Below, piece by piece: positions 34,499 through 46,192 of a DNA stretch of 64,000 nucleotides. The position numbers were made by a program, and so were the translations under genes. Location of the stretch: assembly GCA_014905635.1 (NCBI GenBank), contig JABVCE010000008.1, positions 1,054,001-1,118,000 on the forward strand. The letters are read 5' to 3'. Under the pieces are notes generated by a model. That model had not been told where the DNA came from, ran no database searches, and worked only from the letters and a program-made list of their open reading frames with translations. How positions within the stretch are numbered: the stretch's first letter is position 1; each line of letters begins with the position of its first letter. The stretch comes from Scenedesmus sp. PABB004. Lineage: Eukaryota.

Positions 34499-36194
34499 TC
34501 ACGCCGCGCCGCCGCCGCTCCCGCGCCCCCCGCCGCCGTCGCCGTCGTCGGGCGGCGGGCCGAGGAGCAGCTCCAGCATGTCCAGCGCGGCTGCGGGGAT
34601 GCGCGTGCCGGGGCCGAAGATCGCGCCGACGCCCTGGGCGTACAGCTCGGCGTGGTCCTGCGGCGGGATGATGCCGCCGACGACGACGAGCGCGTGGCCC
34701 ATGCCCGCGGCGCGCAGCTCCGCGAGCAGTGCCGGCACGAGCGAGCGGTGCCCCGCGGCCTGGCTGGAGATGCCCACGATGTGCACGTCCGCGTCCACCG
34801 CCTGCAGCGTGACCTGTGGCGCCGGCGGGGGCGCGGGCGGGCGGGCGCGGCGGGGCGGGGCGGGGCGTGCGTGTCGCGGCGCGCCCGGGCGCCGGCGCGC
34901 GCGGCGCGTGCCCAGCGCGCCCGCGCCTCGGCGGGCGTCTGGAAGAGCGGGCTGACGTCCACGTCAAAGCCCAGGTCGGCCAGCCCGCTCGCGAGCACGC
35001 GCGCGCCCCTGCTGGCGGCGGCGGCGGCGGCGTCGGCGCGGCGGCGCGGCCCGCGCGGCCCGCCCGCCGCGGCGGCGCCCGGGGCAGGCGCCGCAGCGGC
35101 GCCGCAGCCGCGCCGCGGCGCGCCACCTGTCGTGGCCGTCTTGCCCCATCTTGGCGATGAGGATGCGCGGCCGCCGCCCCGTGGCGGCCTCGAAGCGCGA
35201 CACCGCGGCCTCGACCCGCGCGACCTCCGCGTCGCACTCCAGCCCCGCCGCCGCGGCGCCGGCGCTGCGCTCCGCGGCGTAGAAGCCCGGCGACACCGCC
35301 GTCGACGCGGCGTGCCGGCCCCACGCCCGCTCGAGCGCGCCACTGATCTCGCCGACGGTGCAGCGCACGCGCGCGGCCTGCGGCGCCGCGGCGCGGCGGC
35401 GCGGCGGCGCTCGGCAGCGCCCCGCCGTGCCGTGTGCCCCGCCACGCCGCCCGTCCCACCTGCACCGCCAGCTCCATGAGGTTGGGCGTCCGCTCGCTCC
35501 CCCGCGCCGCCGCCTCGAGCGCGTCGAGCGCCGCGCGCACCGCCGCGTCGTCGCGGGCGGCGCGCACGCGCGCCAGCCGCGCCAGCTGCGCCGCGAGCAC
35601 CGCGCTGTTGTCGATCTGCCGCACCGGCACCGCCTCGGCGTCTGCGCGCGCGGCGCGCGCCGGCCGTCGGCCGCGCCCGCCGTGCGCGCGCGACATGGCC
35701 GCGCGCCGCCGCCGCCGGCGCGGGCAGCCGCCGCCGCGGCGGGCGCGGCGCACCCGGCGAGGGGTTTATGAATTTGTTGACCCCGACGATGACCTGCGAC
35801 CCGCTGTCGATGTGGGCCTGCTGCCGCGCCGCGCACTCCTCGATCTTCCGCTTCGGCAGGCCTGGCCGGCGCGCACGCCGCCGCCGAGCGGCGCTGCGGT
35901 CAGGCGGCGGCCGTGCAGGCGGCGGCCCACGCGCCCGCGCGCGCTAGGCCCCCGCGCCGCGCCCCGCCCACCCGCGAGCAGCGCCTCCGTCATGCCGCCC
36001 AGCGCCTCCACCTCGGCCAGCAGCGCCTCGGCCGCGGCCTCGAGCTCCGCGGTGAGGCACTCCATGAAGTACGAGCCGCCCCAGGGGTCGGCGACGCGCG
36101 TGATGCCAGTCTCCTCCTGCGGCGGCCCGCCGCCGGCCGGCGGCCGCGCGGCGCCGGGGGGCGCATGTTGGCGCGGGGCTCGGGGCGCGCGCGG

Positions 36195-36283
<89 letters not shown>

Positions 36284-36287
36284 GGGC

Positions 36288-36333
<46 letters not shown>

Positions 36334-38646
36334 GCGGGGCGCGCGCAGCAGGCGCGCGCCTGGAGGATGATCTGCGTGTTGCGCGCGAGGCGCGCCGAGG
36401 CGTCTGTCGGCAGCGCGAGCGCCTCATCAAAGGAGTTGGTGTGCAGGCTCTGCGTGCCGCCGAGCGCCGCCGCGAGCGCCTCGACCGTGGTGCGGACCAC
36501 GTTGTTCAGCGGCTCCTGCGCCGTCAGGCTGTACCCGCTCGTCTGGCAGTGCGTGCTGCGGCCGGGGAGGGGGGGGCATGCGGCGTGGGCGCGGGCGGAG
36601 TGAGCAAGCAAGTGCGAGGGTGCGGGCTGGCTTGAGGGGGCGCGAGGGAGGAGATGGGGGCGGGCGCAGGCGGGCCGCCGCCGGCGCCGCCGGCGCCGGC
36701 GCCGCACCGCAGCACGAGGCTGGCCTCCTTGGCCGGGGCAAAGCGCTCGCGCACGCTGCGCGCCCACAGGCGCCGCGCGGCGCGGAGCTTGGCGATCTCC
36801 TCGAAGAAGTTCAGCCCGACGCCGAAGAAGAACGACAGCCGCGGCGCGACCGCGTCCACGCCCAGCCCCGCCGCCTGCGCGCGCGGCGCGGCGCGGCGAC
36901 GGGGACGGGGCGCCGGCCGGCGGCGGCGGCGGCGCGTGGGCGGCGGCGCGGGCAGGCGCAGGCGGCGGGGCAGCGGCGGGCGCGGGCGGGCGCGCGCCTG
37001 GGCGCAGCGGATGTACTCGAGGCCGTCGGCAACGGTGAACGCGAGTTCGATCGCCGGCGTCGCGCCGGCCTCCTGCGCGGCGGCGAGGGATGGGGGAGGG
37101 GCGCGCGGCACGTGCGCGCGGCGGCCGCCGGGGCCCCGCCCGCCCAAGCCTTGCGCCCCCCGCCCCCTCCCGTCCCCGGCCGCCGTTCAGGCCCCTCCGA
37201 GCCCCCGGCGGGGGCGCTGCCGCGCGGCTCTCCCGCCCCCACCTGCATGTGGTAGCCGCTGATGCTGACGGGGTGGAAGCGCGGCATCGCCGCCGCGGTG
37301 TAGGCCATGACGTCGCCCACGACGCGCATGCTGGGCCGGGGCGGGTAGATGTAGGTGTTGCGCACCATAAACTCCTGGCACGCACGCACGCCAAGCCACA
37401 GGCCGGGGGGCAGGGCCGCGGCGCGGCAGGGGTGGGTGCGGCGCCGGGCGCGAGGCGCGCGCGCCAGGGCCATCCCACCACCACGCAATCAGTCACGCAG
37501 TCAGTCACACACGCAGTCACAGTCGGTCACACACGCAGTCACGCAGTCAGTCAGTCAGTCACGCAGTCAACCAGTCACACACACGCAGTCACAGTCAGTC
37601 GGCCGGCCCCCGCACCTTGAGTATGTCGTTCTGGATTGTCCCCGTCAGCGCCGCGGGCGGCACGCCCGCCTCCTCCGCGGCGACGACAAACATCGCGAGC
37701 ACCGGCAGCACCGCGCCGTTCATCGTCATGCTCACGCTCACGCGGTCGAGCGGAATGCCAGCAAACAGCGCGGCCATGTCCTCCACGCTGTCCACCGCGA
37801 CGCCCGCCATGCCGACGTCGCCTGGGGCGGCGCGCGCGCGGGCGGCGGTGGCGCGGGCGCGCGTGGCGTGCGCGGGCAGCGCGTGGGCGCGCGGGCGCGC
37901 GCAGGCGGCGGTGGCGCGGGTGCCAGGCGCGTGGCGGGTGCCGGGCGGGCGCGCACCCATGACGCGCGGGTGGTCGCTGTCGTAGCCGCGGTGCGTGGGC
38001 AGGTCGAACGCGACGCTCAGCCCCATGCCGCCCGCCGCCAGGCTCTTCTGCGCGCGCGCGCACGCGCGCGCGCGGCGGGCGCGGCCCGCGTGGGCGACGC
38101 CGCCGCGCGTCGCCGCCGCGGCCGGGTGCGCAACGGCCGCTGCCGGCGCCGCCGCCGCCGCCGCGCCTTGTAAAAGGCGTTGGACTCCTCCGCCGTCGAG
38201 AAGCCGGCGTATTGGCGGATCGTCCACGGCCGCGCAGCGTACATCGTGGCGTAGGGCCCCCGCGCATAGGGGTACACGCCCGGCACCTCGTCCGCCACGC
38301 CCGGGCCGAGCGCGGCGAGGTCGTGCGCCGTGTACAGCGGCTTGATGGCGATGCCCTGCGGCGCCGTGGCGCGGCACACACGTCGGCGCGGCCGCGCAGG
38401 CCGCCGCCGCGGGCGTCGCCGCCGCAAGGCCCGTGCCCGCCGCCGCCGCCGCACGTCGGGCGTCGTGTGCGTGAGCGCGTCCGGGTCCTTGCCCTTCAGC
38501 TCCTTGGTCGCCTTTGCGCGCCAGGCCGCCAGGTTGGCGTCCGCCAGGCTGGACGCATGCCGCAGCGCGCGCAGGGCGGACGGCAGCGCGGCGAGCGCGG
38601 GAGGGGCGCCGGCGCTGCGCAGGAGCAGCGCCGCCGCAGGCTGCAT
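34499..38646 (-). CDS. MMUT: Methylmalonyl-CoA mutase (adenosylcobalamin-dependent), mitochondrial, multi-exon
   Basis: [98 protein letters not shown] (DxHxxG), SSQAAGH; transit-like N-terminus. Confidence 0.97.
36195..36331 (+). repeat. (GGC)n intronic microsatellite
   Basis: Long ggc run within an MMUT intron. Confidence 0.92.
37486..37600 (+). repeat. Degenerate CAGTCA(C) tandem array in an MMUT intron
   Basis: cagtcacgcagtcagtcacacacgcagtcacagtcggtcac...; a related array lies at 11466-11555. Confidence 0.8.
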
Positions 38647-38938
38647 GCTGCCGCGCGGAGATCAGGGCCGCGACAATGCGCAACGCATCCGAAAGGCCAT
38701 GGAGCTGCTGATCGCGGTGCGCGGCGGCGCTGGGGCTGCGTATGCGCGATGAGCTTTGGTGTCGCGCCGCTGCTGCTGCCGGTTTCCGTCGCTGGTCTCG
38801 CGGCTCCACAAAATCACCCCCGAAAGTCCGCAGAGCAACTCGTCGGCCTCAAAAGACCGAGTCGGGACGGCCGCACGAGCACGACGGCGCGCGGCAGCGG
38901 CGCAGCAGCGGCGGCGCGGCGCGGTCTGAGCTGCGCTG

Positions 38939-39593
38939 GACGAGCGGGCCTTGGCCGCCCCGCTCCTGAGCTCCGAGCCTCCGGGACAGGCGCCCGCCGG
39001 CAGCGGCGGCAGCGGCGGCCCCGCATCGCCTGCTGCGGCCGCGGCGCTGGCCAGCGCGCGGTCATGCCCTGACCGGACGAGAGCGCGCGGCGGCCGGCGT
39101 TGCGCGCCGGACCTGCGCCACGTAGATGCCGCACGTGTTTGACTCGTGCGTCCTGCCACCTCCCCGCTCGCGCGCCCCGTCCCGACCGCGCCCGCCCCGC
39201 CGCCCGTGACCGATCGACCGACCGCCATGGCGCTCCTGGGCTCTCACCGCACGGCCGTGGTCGCGCGCGCGCGCGTGGGGCGCGCCGCGGGTGAGCGCAC
39301 GCTGGCGGGCGTTGGCGGGCGCTGGCGGGCGCGGCGGGCCATTGGGGCTCACGCGCGGCCCACCGCGCCCGCAGGCCTGCACGTGGTGGGCTTCGTGCGC
39401 ACGAGCCCGGCCCCCGTCCGCCAGGCACCATCGCCTGCTCCCCGCGAGGCGGTGCTGGAGGAGAGCGCGCGGCAGTGGCTGGCCGCCATCAACGAGCGCC
39501 GCCTGGCCGACCTGGACGCGCTGACGGCAGAGGACGCGCTGTATCATGTGAGCAGCGGCGGCGGGCGGTTGGTGCCGCCACCACACGCGCGCC
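38939..39593 (+). pseudogene. Truncated inverted duplicate of the 5' end (upstream region, exons 1-2) of the SnoaL gene
   Basis: Near-identical reverse complement of ~42445-43108; ATG 39227 MALLGSHRT..., EAVLEESARQWLAAINERR...ALYH, then similarity stops inside intron 2. Confidence 0.88.
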
Positions 39594-40745
39594 CCCGTTG
39601 CGGAGTGTGATGTTGCTGTTGCAACCTCAGACGCCCATGCGCCCACACGCGCACACCTGACGACGACGAGCAGCTGCCCACCGGCACCGACGAGACGCGC
39701 GCAACCAGGGAGGGCCCGCCACCTCAGGAGTGGCGGCGCCGCGGGCTAGAGTACACGGCCGATACTAGGCAAAATTGGCCGAGACACGCGCGCTCAAGAG
39801 CGAGCGCGACGTGCTCTCTAGGGGGCGCCGCCGCGCGTGCGCGGACGGCCCCAACCACCCAACCCCCTGCCGACCCCGCTGAGACAAGCTGGCGCCGCCG
39901 GCGCCCGGCACAGGTTCGTGCGCGGCGCCCGCTGCGGGCGGGGGCGGGCCGCCCCCCTGCCTACCCCTGCCACGGCGTCCTGGCCCAATTCAAACGCGCG
40001 TTGCGGCGACCACCCACCGGTGCCTGACCACCACCACCACCTTGCCGGAAGAACAAGCGAAGACCTGGGCTGCTAGGGAGCCTTATTGGTTCTGGGGGAT
40101 GCAATGCGCAAGACGATCACGATCAGTCGGGCGCGCGGGGCGTGGGGCTGTCCACGGAGGTGGGTTAGTCAGCCTCCCCGCCGCCGCGCGCCACGTGTGC
40201 AGGTGCGGAGCTGTCCACATGAGGTGGGTTAGTCAGCCTCCCTGTCGCCACGTGTCCAGGCCGAGTGCAGGTGCAGGACTCTTCTTCCGAGCGGCCGTAG
40301 CAGCACACGCTCGCGCCGCCGCCGCCGGGGCGCGCCGCTCTCGCCTCCTCCCCTCGCTCTGCCCCGCAGTGCGCGCGGCTCCCGGCCGCGGCCGCCCTGC
40401 CCAAGTGCGCCGCAAGCTGTGCGCGTGCCCGAGCGAGCCCCGCACGTTGACCGAGCCAGTGCCTGCCGCACCGGCGGCAGCATCAGCAGCGCAGAGCGCA
40501 GCCGCACCGCGCGAGGGCTGCCAGCCCCTCAGGCCGCGGGCTGCGCGAAACACACGCACACACACGCACAGCGCCTGTACACGCGCCACCCGCTGCCTGC
40601 CATCCCGCCTAGTGGTACAGGCTGGGGCGGCCCCTCGGCCGGGGCCCCGACCCTGCCTCCCTGCCTGCCGCCGCGGCGGCGGCCGCCGCCCTCGAGGGGC
40701 CCGGCCGCCGCGCGCGCGCCACAGGCGTGCACCGCGCGGGCGGCC

Positions 40746-42825
40746 TCACATGCCGCCGAGCACCGAGTCCTTCACGCCCAGCTGCTCCGCCTGGCTGCGC
40801 CCGCAGGCGCGGCAGTCCATGTTGAAGTACCTCCCACGCTCCGCGAGCGACATGGGGCCGCGGAACATCAGCGTCCTGCGCGCGCGCGCGGAGCGCGTGA
40901 GCGGCGCGCGCGAGCGGCGCGCGCAAGCGGCGCGGCGCGACCTCGGGCCGCCGCCGCCGGCGCTGCCGCGCGCGCGCCTGTTGATGCGCTGCTCGTCGTC
41001 AAAGTGGTGCACCAGCACGCCGCTCGACAGGCCCACGAGCGTGCGGCTGCGCTTGCTCGACAGCACCTGCAGCGTGGGCGCGGACGCGAGCGGGGTGTGT
41101 GGTCTGGCATCACTCCCTCCGCCGGGCGCACACACGCACGCCGGGCGCGCCGCGGCGCGCGCCCCGCAGCGCCTCACGTTCTGGAAGTGAACAAACAGCA
41201 TGCGGCCGTCGGCGCTGAACGCCTCGCTGTGCCAGAGCGGCGCGCCGCTCAGCTCCGCCGACCGCTCGGCGCAGTAGGCGAGGCAGGCCTCGCGGCTGGC
41301 CAGGTTCATGCCCCGCCACACGCCGGTCGCCTCCTGCGCGGCGCGGCGCGGTCAGCGTGAGCCGCCGTCGCGCGCCAGCCCGCTCGCACGTGCGGCAGTC
41401 GCTGCGGCTGCTGCGGCCGCGCCGCCGCCGCTGCGTGTGCACACACCATGCAGCGGTAGTCGGGCGCCAGCGCGCCGTCCAGTGCCGACGCGTCCGCGCC
41501 CGGCACTGCGCCAAAGACCTCCCTGAACGCCAGCGCCGCCGCCTTGGCGCGGCCGCGCGCCGCGGCGCCGCCGGCGCGCGGCGCCGCCGCGAAGGCCGCG
41601 TCGGCGACCGAGGCGGTCGGGCTGCCGGCGGGGCTGCCGGCGGGGCTGCGCGCGGCGGCGACGACGGCGCGGCAGTCGACGGGCTTGTAGCTCCGCGTCA
41701 GCAGCCACTTTGCCTCATCCGTAGACGCGCCGCGCCAGGTCCACTGGTCGGTGATCTGGCCGGCCTCGTTGAAGTGGAGCCTGCGGGGGACAAGCGGTGC
41801 GTGGAATGTGCGGGAATGTGTGAGAGGGGGTGCGCTGCCCGCCGGGGCAGGCAGCCTCGCGCGGCGACGGCCCAGCTGCGCAGGCCCGCGCCGCGGCTGG
41901 CCCCGCCAGCCCGCGCACCGCGTGACCCCGTAATGCTCAAAGGGCTGGTTGGTCGTGGGGCGCTGGGGGATGAGCGAGAGGCGCGCCACGCCGCTCGCGC
42001 GCCACATCACGTACGCGTCGCGGCTGGCCGGCTCGACCGCGACCTGCCGCGCGGCGCGCGCACGCGCATGGGGCGCCGGCGTCGGTGGGGCAACCGACGC
42101 TGCTGCAGCGCCGGTGATGCAGCGCCGCCCGCCGCCGCAGCGCCGCGCGCACGACGCCGGCAGCGCGTGCGTCGCGCCGCACCTGCACCGCGTCGATGCG
42201 GTAGTCGGGCACGCTGCGCAGCCAGTCCCGCACCACCTTGCGCATCGCCGTCCTGCCCTGCGCGGGCTGCAGGACCCACATGCCGTCCTCCTGCGGCGCA
42301 GCAGCACGCGGCACCGGCGCCGCGCGCAGAGTGAGCAGCTTCCCGCGGTGGCTGACCGCGCGCGCCAGCTGCTGCGGCGGCCTGGACGAGTTTGCCTGAT
42401 CGCAGCGCCCCGCCCGCGCGCCCGGGGGGCCCAGATGCTGCGGCGGCGCGCGTTGTGGTGGCGGCACCAACCGCCCTCTGCCGCTGCTCACATGATACAG
42501 CGCGTCCTCTGCCGTCAGCGCGTCCAGGTCGGCCAGGCGGCGCTCGTTGATGGCGGCCAGCCACTGCCGCGCGCTCTCCTCCAGCACCGCCTCGCGGGGA
42601 GCAGGCGATGGTGCCTGGCGGACGGGGGCCGGGCTCGTGCGCACGAAGCCCACCACGGGCAGGCCTGCGGGCGCGGTGGGCCGCGCGTGAGCCCCAATGC
42701 GTCCCCCTCGCCGCCCGCCGCGCCCGCCAGCGCCCGCCAACGCCCGCCAGCGTGCGCTCACCCGCGGCGCGCCCCACGCGCGCGCGCGCGACCACGGCCG
42801 TGCGGTGCGAGCCCAGGAGCGCCAT
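40746..42825 (-). CDS. Organelle-targeted protein with two SnoaL/NTF2-like domains, multi-exon
   Basis: ARQWLAAINERRLADLDALTAEDALYH, GRTAMRKVVRDWLRSVPDY, AYVMWRASG, LHFNEAGQITDQW; second domain LDGALAPDY...VLVHHFDDEQRIN. Confidence 0.75.
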
Positions 42826-43152
42826 GGCGGTCGGTCGATCGGTCACGGGCGGCGGGGCGGGCGCGGTCGGGACGGGGCGCGCGAGCGGGGAGGTGGCAGG
42901 ACGCACGAGTCAAACACGTGCGGCATCTACGTGGCGCAGGTCCGGCGCGCAACGCCGGCCGCCGCGCGCTCTCGTCCGGTCAGGGCACGACCGCGCGCTG
43001 GCCAGCGCCGCGGCCGCAGCAGGCGATGCGCGGTCGCCGCGGCCGTCGCTGCCGGCGGGCGCCTGGCCCGGAGGCTCGGAGCTCAGGGGCGGCCAAGGCC
43101 CGCTCGTCAAGCACAACACGCGAACACCAACAATTACAACAACAGCTGGCGC

Positions 43153-44571
43153 TCAGCCGCCGTCGCTCACGCCGCCGTCCGGCTCGCCCGCGGCGGCACC
43201 GAGCGGCTTGACCAGCAGGCTCACCGCCCGCCGCTGCACCTGTTTGGCGCCCGCCTCCACGGCGCAGCCGGCGGAGAGGCGCGCCAGCAGGTAGTCCAGG
43301 GCCTCTGACGGGCGGACAGGCGAGCGGCAGGCGGTCGAGTGAGCTGGCGGGCCGTGCTGGCAGGCGGGCGCGGCGGCGCGCGGCTGGCCCGCGCACCCTG
43401 CGCCGCAGCCTCCTCCTCACGGCCGTGCTTCACCACTAGCTGCACGCGCGCGCCCTGCTCCAGCCAGGCCGTGACCTTGCGGAGCTTCACCTCGAGGTCG
43501 TGGTCTGGCGGGCCGGCCGGGCGCGGCGGCGCCCGGTCACGTGCCGCGCGCCGCGCGGGGCAGCACCCTGCCCCTGTCCCTGCCCTGGCCCGCGCCGGCG
43601 CGCCGGCGTGCCCGCAGCGGCGACGCGCACCGGCGATGCGCGCGCTGAACTGCATTTCCTTGGGCGTCGCGAGCTTGGCCGCCGCGCGCCGCGCCTTGCC
43701 CGCCGCGTCGGCCTTGAGCGCGGCCTCGTGCGCGAGCTGGCTGTAGTCCAGGATGCTGCGGCGGCGGCGGCGGCGGCGCGGCGGCGGCGGCGGCGGCGGC
43801 CCGGCGGCGGCAGGCGTGCCGTGGGCGCGCGGGCCCGCGCGCGGCGCGCTGTGGGCGGGCGTGGCGGCGCGCCCCGCCGCGCCTGGCCTCACCGCGCGAC
43901 GGGCGGGCTGGCGCGGGGGTTGACCTCCACCAGGTCTAGCCCGAGCGAGGCCGCCGCCTCGCGCGCGAGCGCCGCGCTCAGCACCTCCTTGCTGCCGTCG
44001 GGGAAGATCACCAGCAGCTGCGGCGCCCGGATCTGGTGGTTGCGCCGCGGCAGCGCGCGCTGCTCGGGCGCGGGCTTGGGCCTCGCCGGCGCCGGCGGCC
44101 GCCGGCCGGGCTTGTCGGGCCTGCGCCCGCGGCGCGCGGCGGCGTGGGCCCGCGCCGCGGCGGGGGCGGCGTGCTCGTGCTCGTGGGCGCGGCGCCCCGC
44201 GCGGTGCCCCCGCCGCGGCGCGCACCTCGCTGCGTGCAGCCCGCGCCACGCCTCGCCGGCGCGCCAGCAGCAGCCGCGCGCCGGCGGCGCCGCGCCCCAG
44301 CGCTGGAGCTGGCGGTCCTGGAGCCAGCACTGCGCGTCGCTCGCCCGCTGCCAGGCCGGGCCGCGGTCGGGCTGCTGCTGCCGCTGCTCGCCCCCGCCGC
44401 GCCGGCCGGGCACGCGCCGCTGCCCGCCACCGCCGCTGCGGTGGCCGCTGCGGTGCCCCAGCTGCGGTCGAGGGCCCCGGCGGCGGCGAGCGGCGCCCCC
44501 GGCGCGGCCGCGAGCGCCGGCAGCGCCGACAGCGCGCCGCGCGGCGGTTGGAGCAGCAGCAGCCGCAGCAT
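43153..44571 (-). CDS. infC: Organellar translation initiation factor IF-3
   Basis: RRNHQIRAPQLLVI...AASLGLDLVEVNPRASPPVAR|ILDY, KEMQFSARIA|DHDLEVKLRKVTAWLEQGARV. The start (ATG 44571) is inferred. Confidence 0.85.
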
Positions 44572-44881
44572 GGCGCGGCGTGTGGTTGAGCGCGGCGCGG
44601 TCGTGGTGCGGTCGCGGTGGCGCCACGCGACCTCGCGCGCGGGCCCAGAAGGAGGTGGCCGGGTGCGAGCCAGCGCTGTGCCCGCGAATGGTGCGCGCGG
44701 CCGAGCGCCTCCGCTCAATCGCTTCCCGCGGCAGCCCGCCCCACCTCAACGACTCGCTGCCGCGCACCGCCGCACACAGCCGCCGCGTGCACTGCCGGCA
44801 GCGGCGGCGCGCTTCGACCACACGCCGCCGCGAGGAGGCCGCCCCGCCGCAGCCCCTGCCCGCGCCGCGAGCGGCCGCCCC

Positions 44882-46006
44882 ATGGCGGCGGCAATGCGCC
44901 TGCGGGCGCCGGCCGCCGGCGCCGCGGCGCGCGCGCGGGCGCTGCCGTGCGCCGCGGCGCAGGCGCCGCTCGCCTGCCACGCGCGGCGGCGGCTCGGCCC
45001 GCGCGCGCGCGCGGCGGGCGGCGATGGCAGCAACGGCGACGGCGACGGCGAGCCCGCGGCCAGCACCGGCATCCCGGCAGGCCTGCTGCTCTTTGTGAGC
45101 TCCGCGGCGTTCAGCGTCGCCGCGCTGCGCAACCAGCTCGGCGACCTGCTGGCCGAGGGCGGCGACGGCCTCGCCGACGCGACGCTGCTCGGCCTGGGCC
45201 TCGGCGACCTCGCCGGCGCGGCGCTGTGGGCCGTCGCGCTGTGGTACGTGTCGCCGCTGCAGCTGCTCCTGGCCTTCATCGGGCGGTTTGATGTGGAGCG
45301 CCCGTCCGACTGGATCATCGCCGCGCTCGGCCGCGCGACGGGGCAGCCCGTCGACGCGATCGACTACGTCGCCCCCGCCAGCCTGCGCGCGGCGGCGGCG
45401 CTCGCGTGCGGCGCCGGCGGCGTCGCGACCGCGGCGGCGCTCGGCCTCGGCCTCGGCGACCCCACGTGGGCGGTCAGCAGCGGCCTGGGCGCCCTCTTCG
45501 CTGGCGCGATCTTCGAGGCCGGCCGCCCCGCGCGCCTGAGCGTCGCCGAGGCGCAGGCGCTCGAGGCGCAGTGGCAGGACTTTGCCGCGTTTGCGGAGGC
45601 CTCGCTGCAGCGCCGCGGGCGCTGCCACGAGAGCGAGGTGTTTGCCGCGTTCCGCCGCCGCCACGGCAAGTACCGCAGCGGCGACGCCATCACCGACGCC
45701 ACGCTGCGCGACATGGTGCGCAACTGGCACCCAGGCGTCGAGCGCACGCGCACGGGCTACCTGAGAAACCTCTCCGTCGCGCCGCCGGGCGGCCCCGGCG
45801 CAGCGCCGGCGGCGGCAGCGGGCGGCGGGCGGCGACTGGCGGCGCAGCAGGCGGGCGGGAGCGGGCGTGAGAGCGGCAGCGAGAGCGGCAGCGAGAGCGA
45901 CGGCGAGCGCTCGCTGCTGGACAACATCGCGGCCGAGGCGGAGCGGGCGGCCGTGGGCGGCGCGAGCGGCGGCGCGAGCGGCGGCGGGAGCGGCGGCGGG
46001 AGCTAG
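44882..46006 (+). CDS. Putative plastid membrane protein of unknown function, intronless
   Basis: Transit-like N-terminus, several hydrophobic helices, coding-like codon usage, ordered C-terminal domain (EAGRPARLS...GRCHESEVFAAFRR). Confidence 0.75.
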   Translation: MAAAMRLRAPAAGAAARARALPCAAAQAPLACHARRRLGPRARAAGGDGSNGDGDGEPAASTGIPAGLLLFVSSAAFSVAALRNQLGDLLAEGGDGLADATLLGLGLGDLAGAALWAVALWYVSPLQLLLAFIGRFDVERPSDWIIAALGRATGQPVDAIDYVAPASLRAAAALACGAGGVATAAALGLGLGDPTWAVSSGLGALFAGAIFEAGRPARLSVAEAQALEAQWQDFAAFAEASLQRRGRCHESEVFAAFRRRHGKYRSGDAITDATLRDMVRNWHPGVERTRTGYLRNLSVAPPGGPGAAPAAAAGGGRRLAAQQAGGSGRESGSESGSESDGERSLLDNIAAEAERAAVGGASGGASGGGSGGGS

Positions 46007-46192
46007 CAGCGCGCATGCGCGCTGCTAGTCGGTGCGCAGTGACCGCGTCGGGCGCGTCGCGCGCGACTGTGAGCCGCGCTGCGGGCCTCAGCCTGAGCGG
46101 CCGTGACCAGCCGTTACGTTCGGCGCGCGCCTGCGCGCGGTGCAACGCCCCCGGCCTTGGATGCGCCCGCGCTGCGTCCCGCGCTCACGCGA

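Noticed and set aside
40147..40260. Two ~33 bp repeats as a mini-CRISPR
   Set aside because: There are only two units and the intervening sequences are also similar, so this is a simple tandem duplication.
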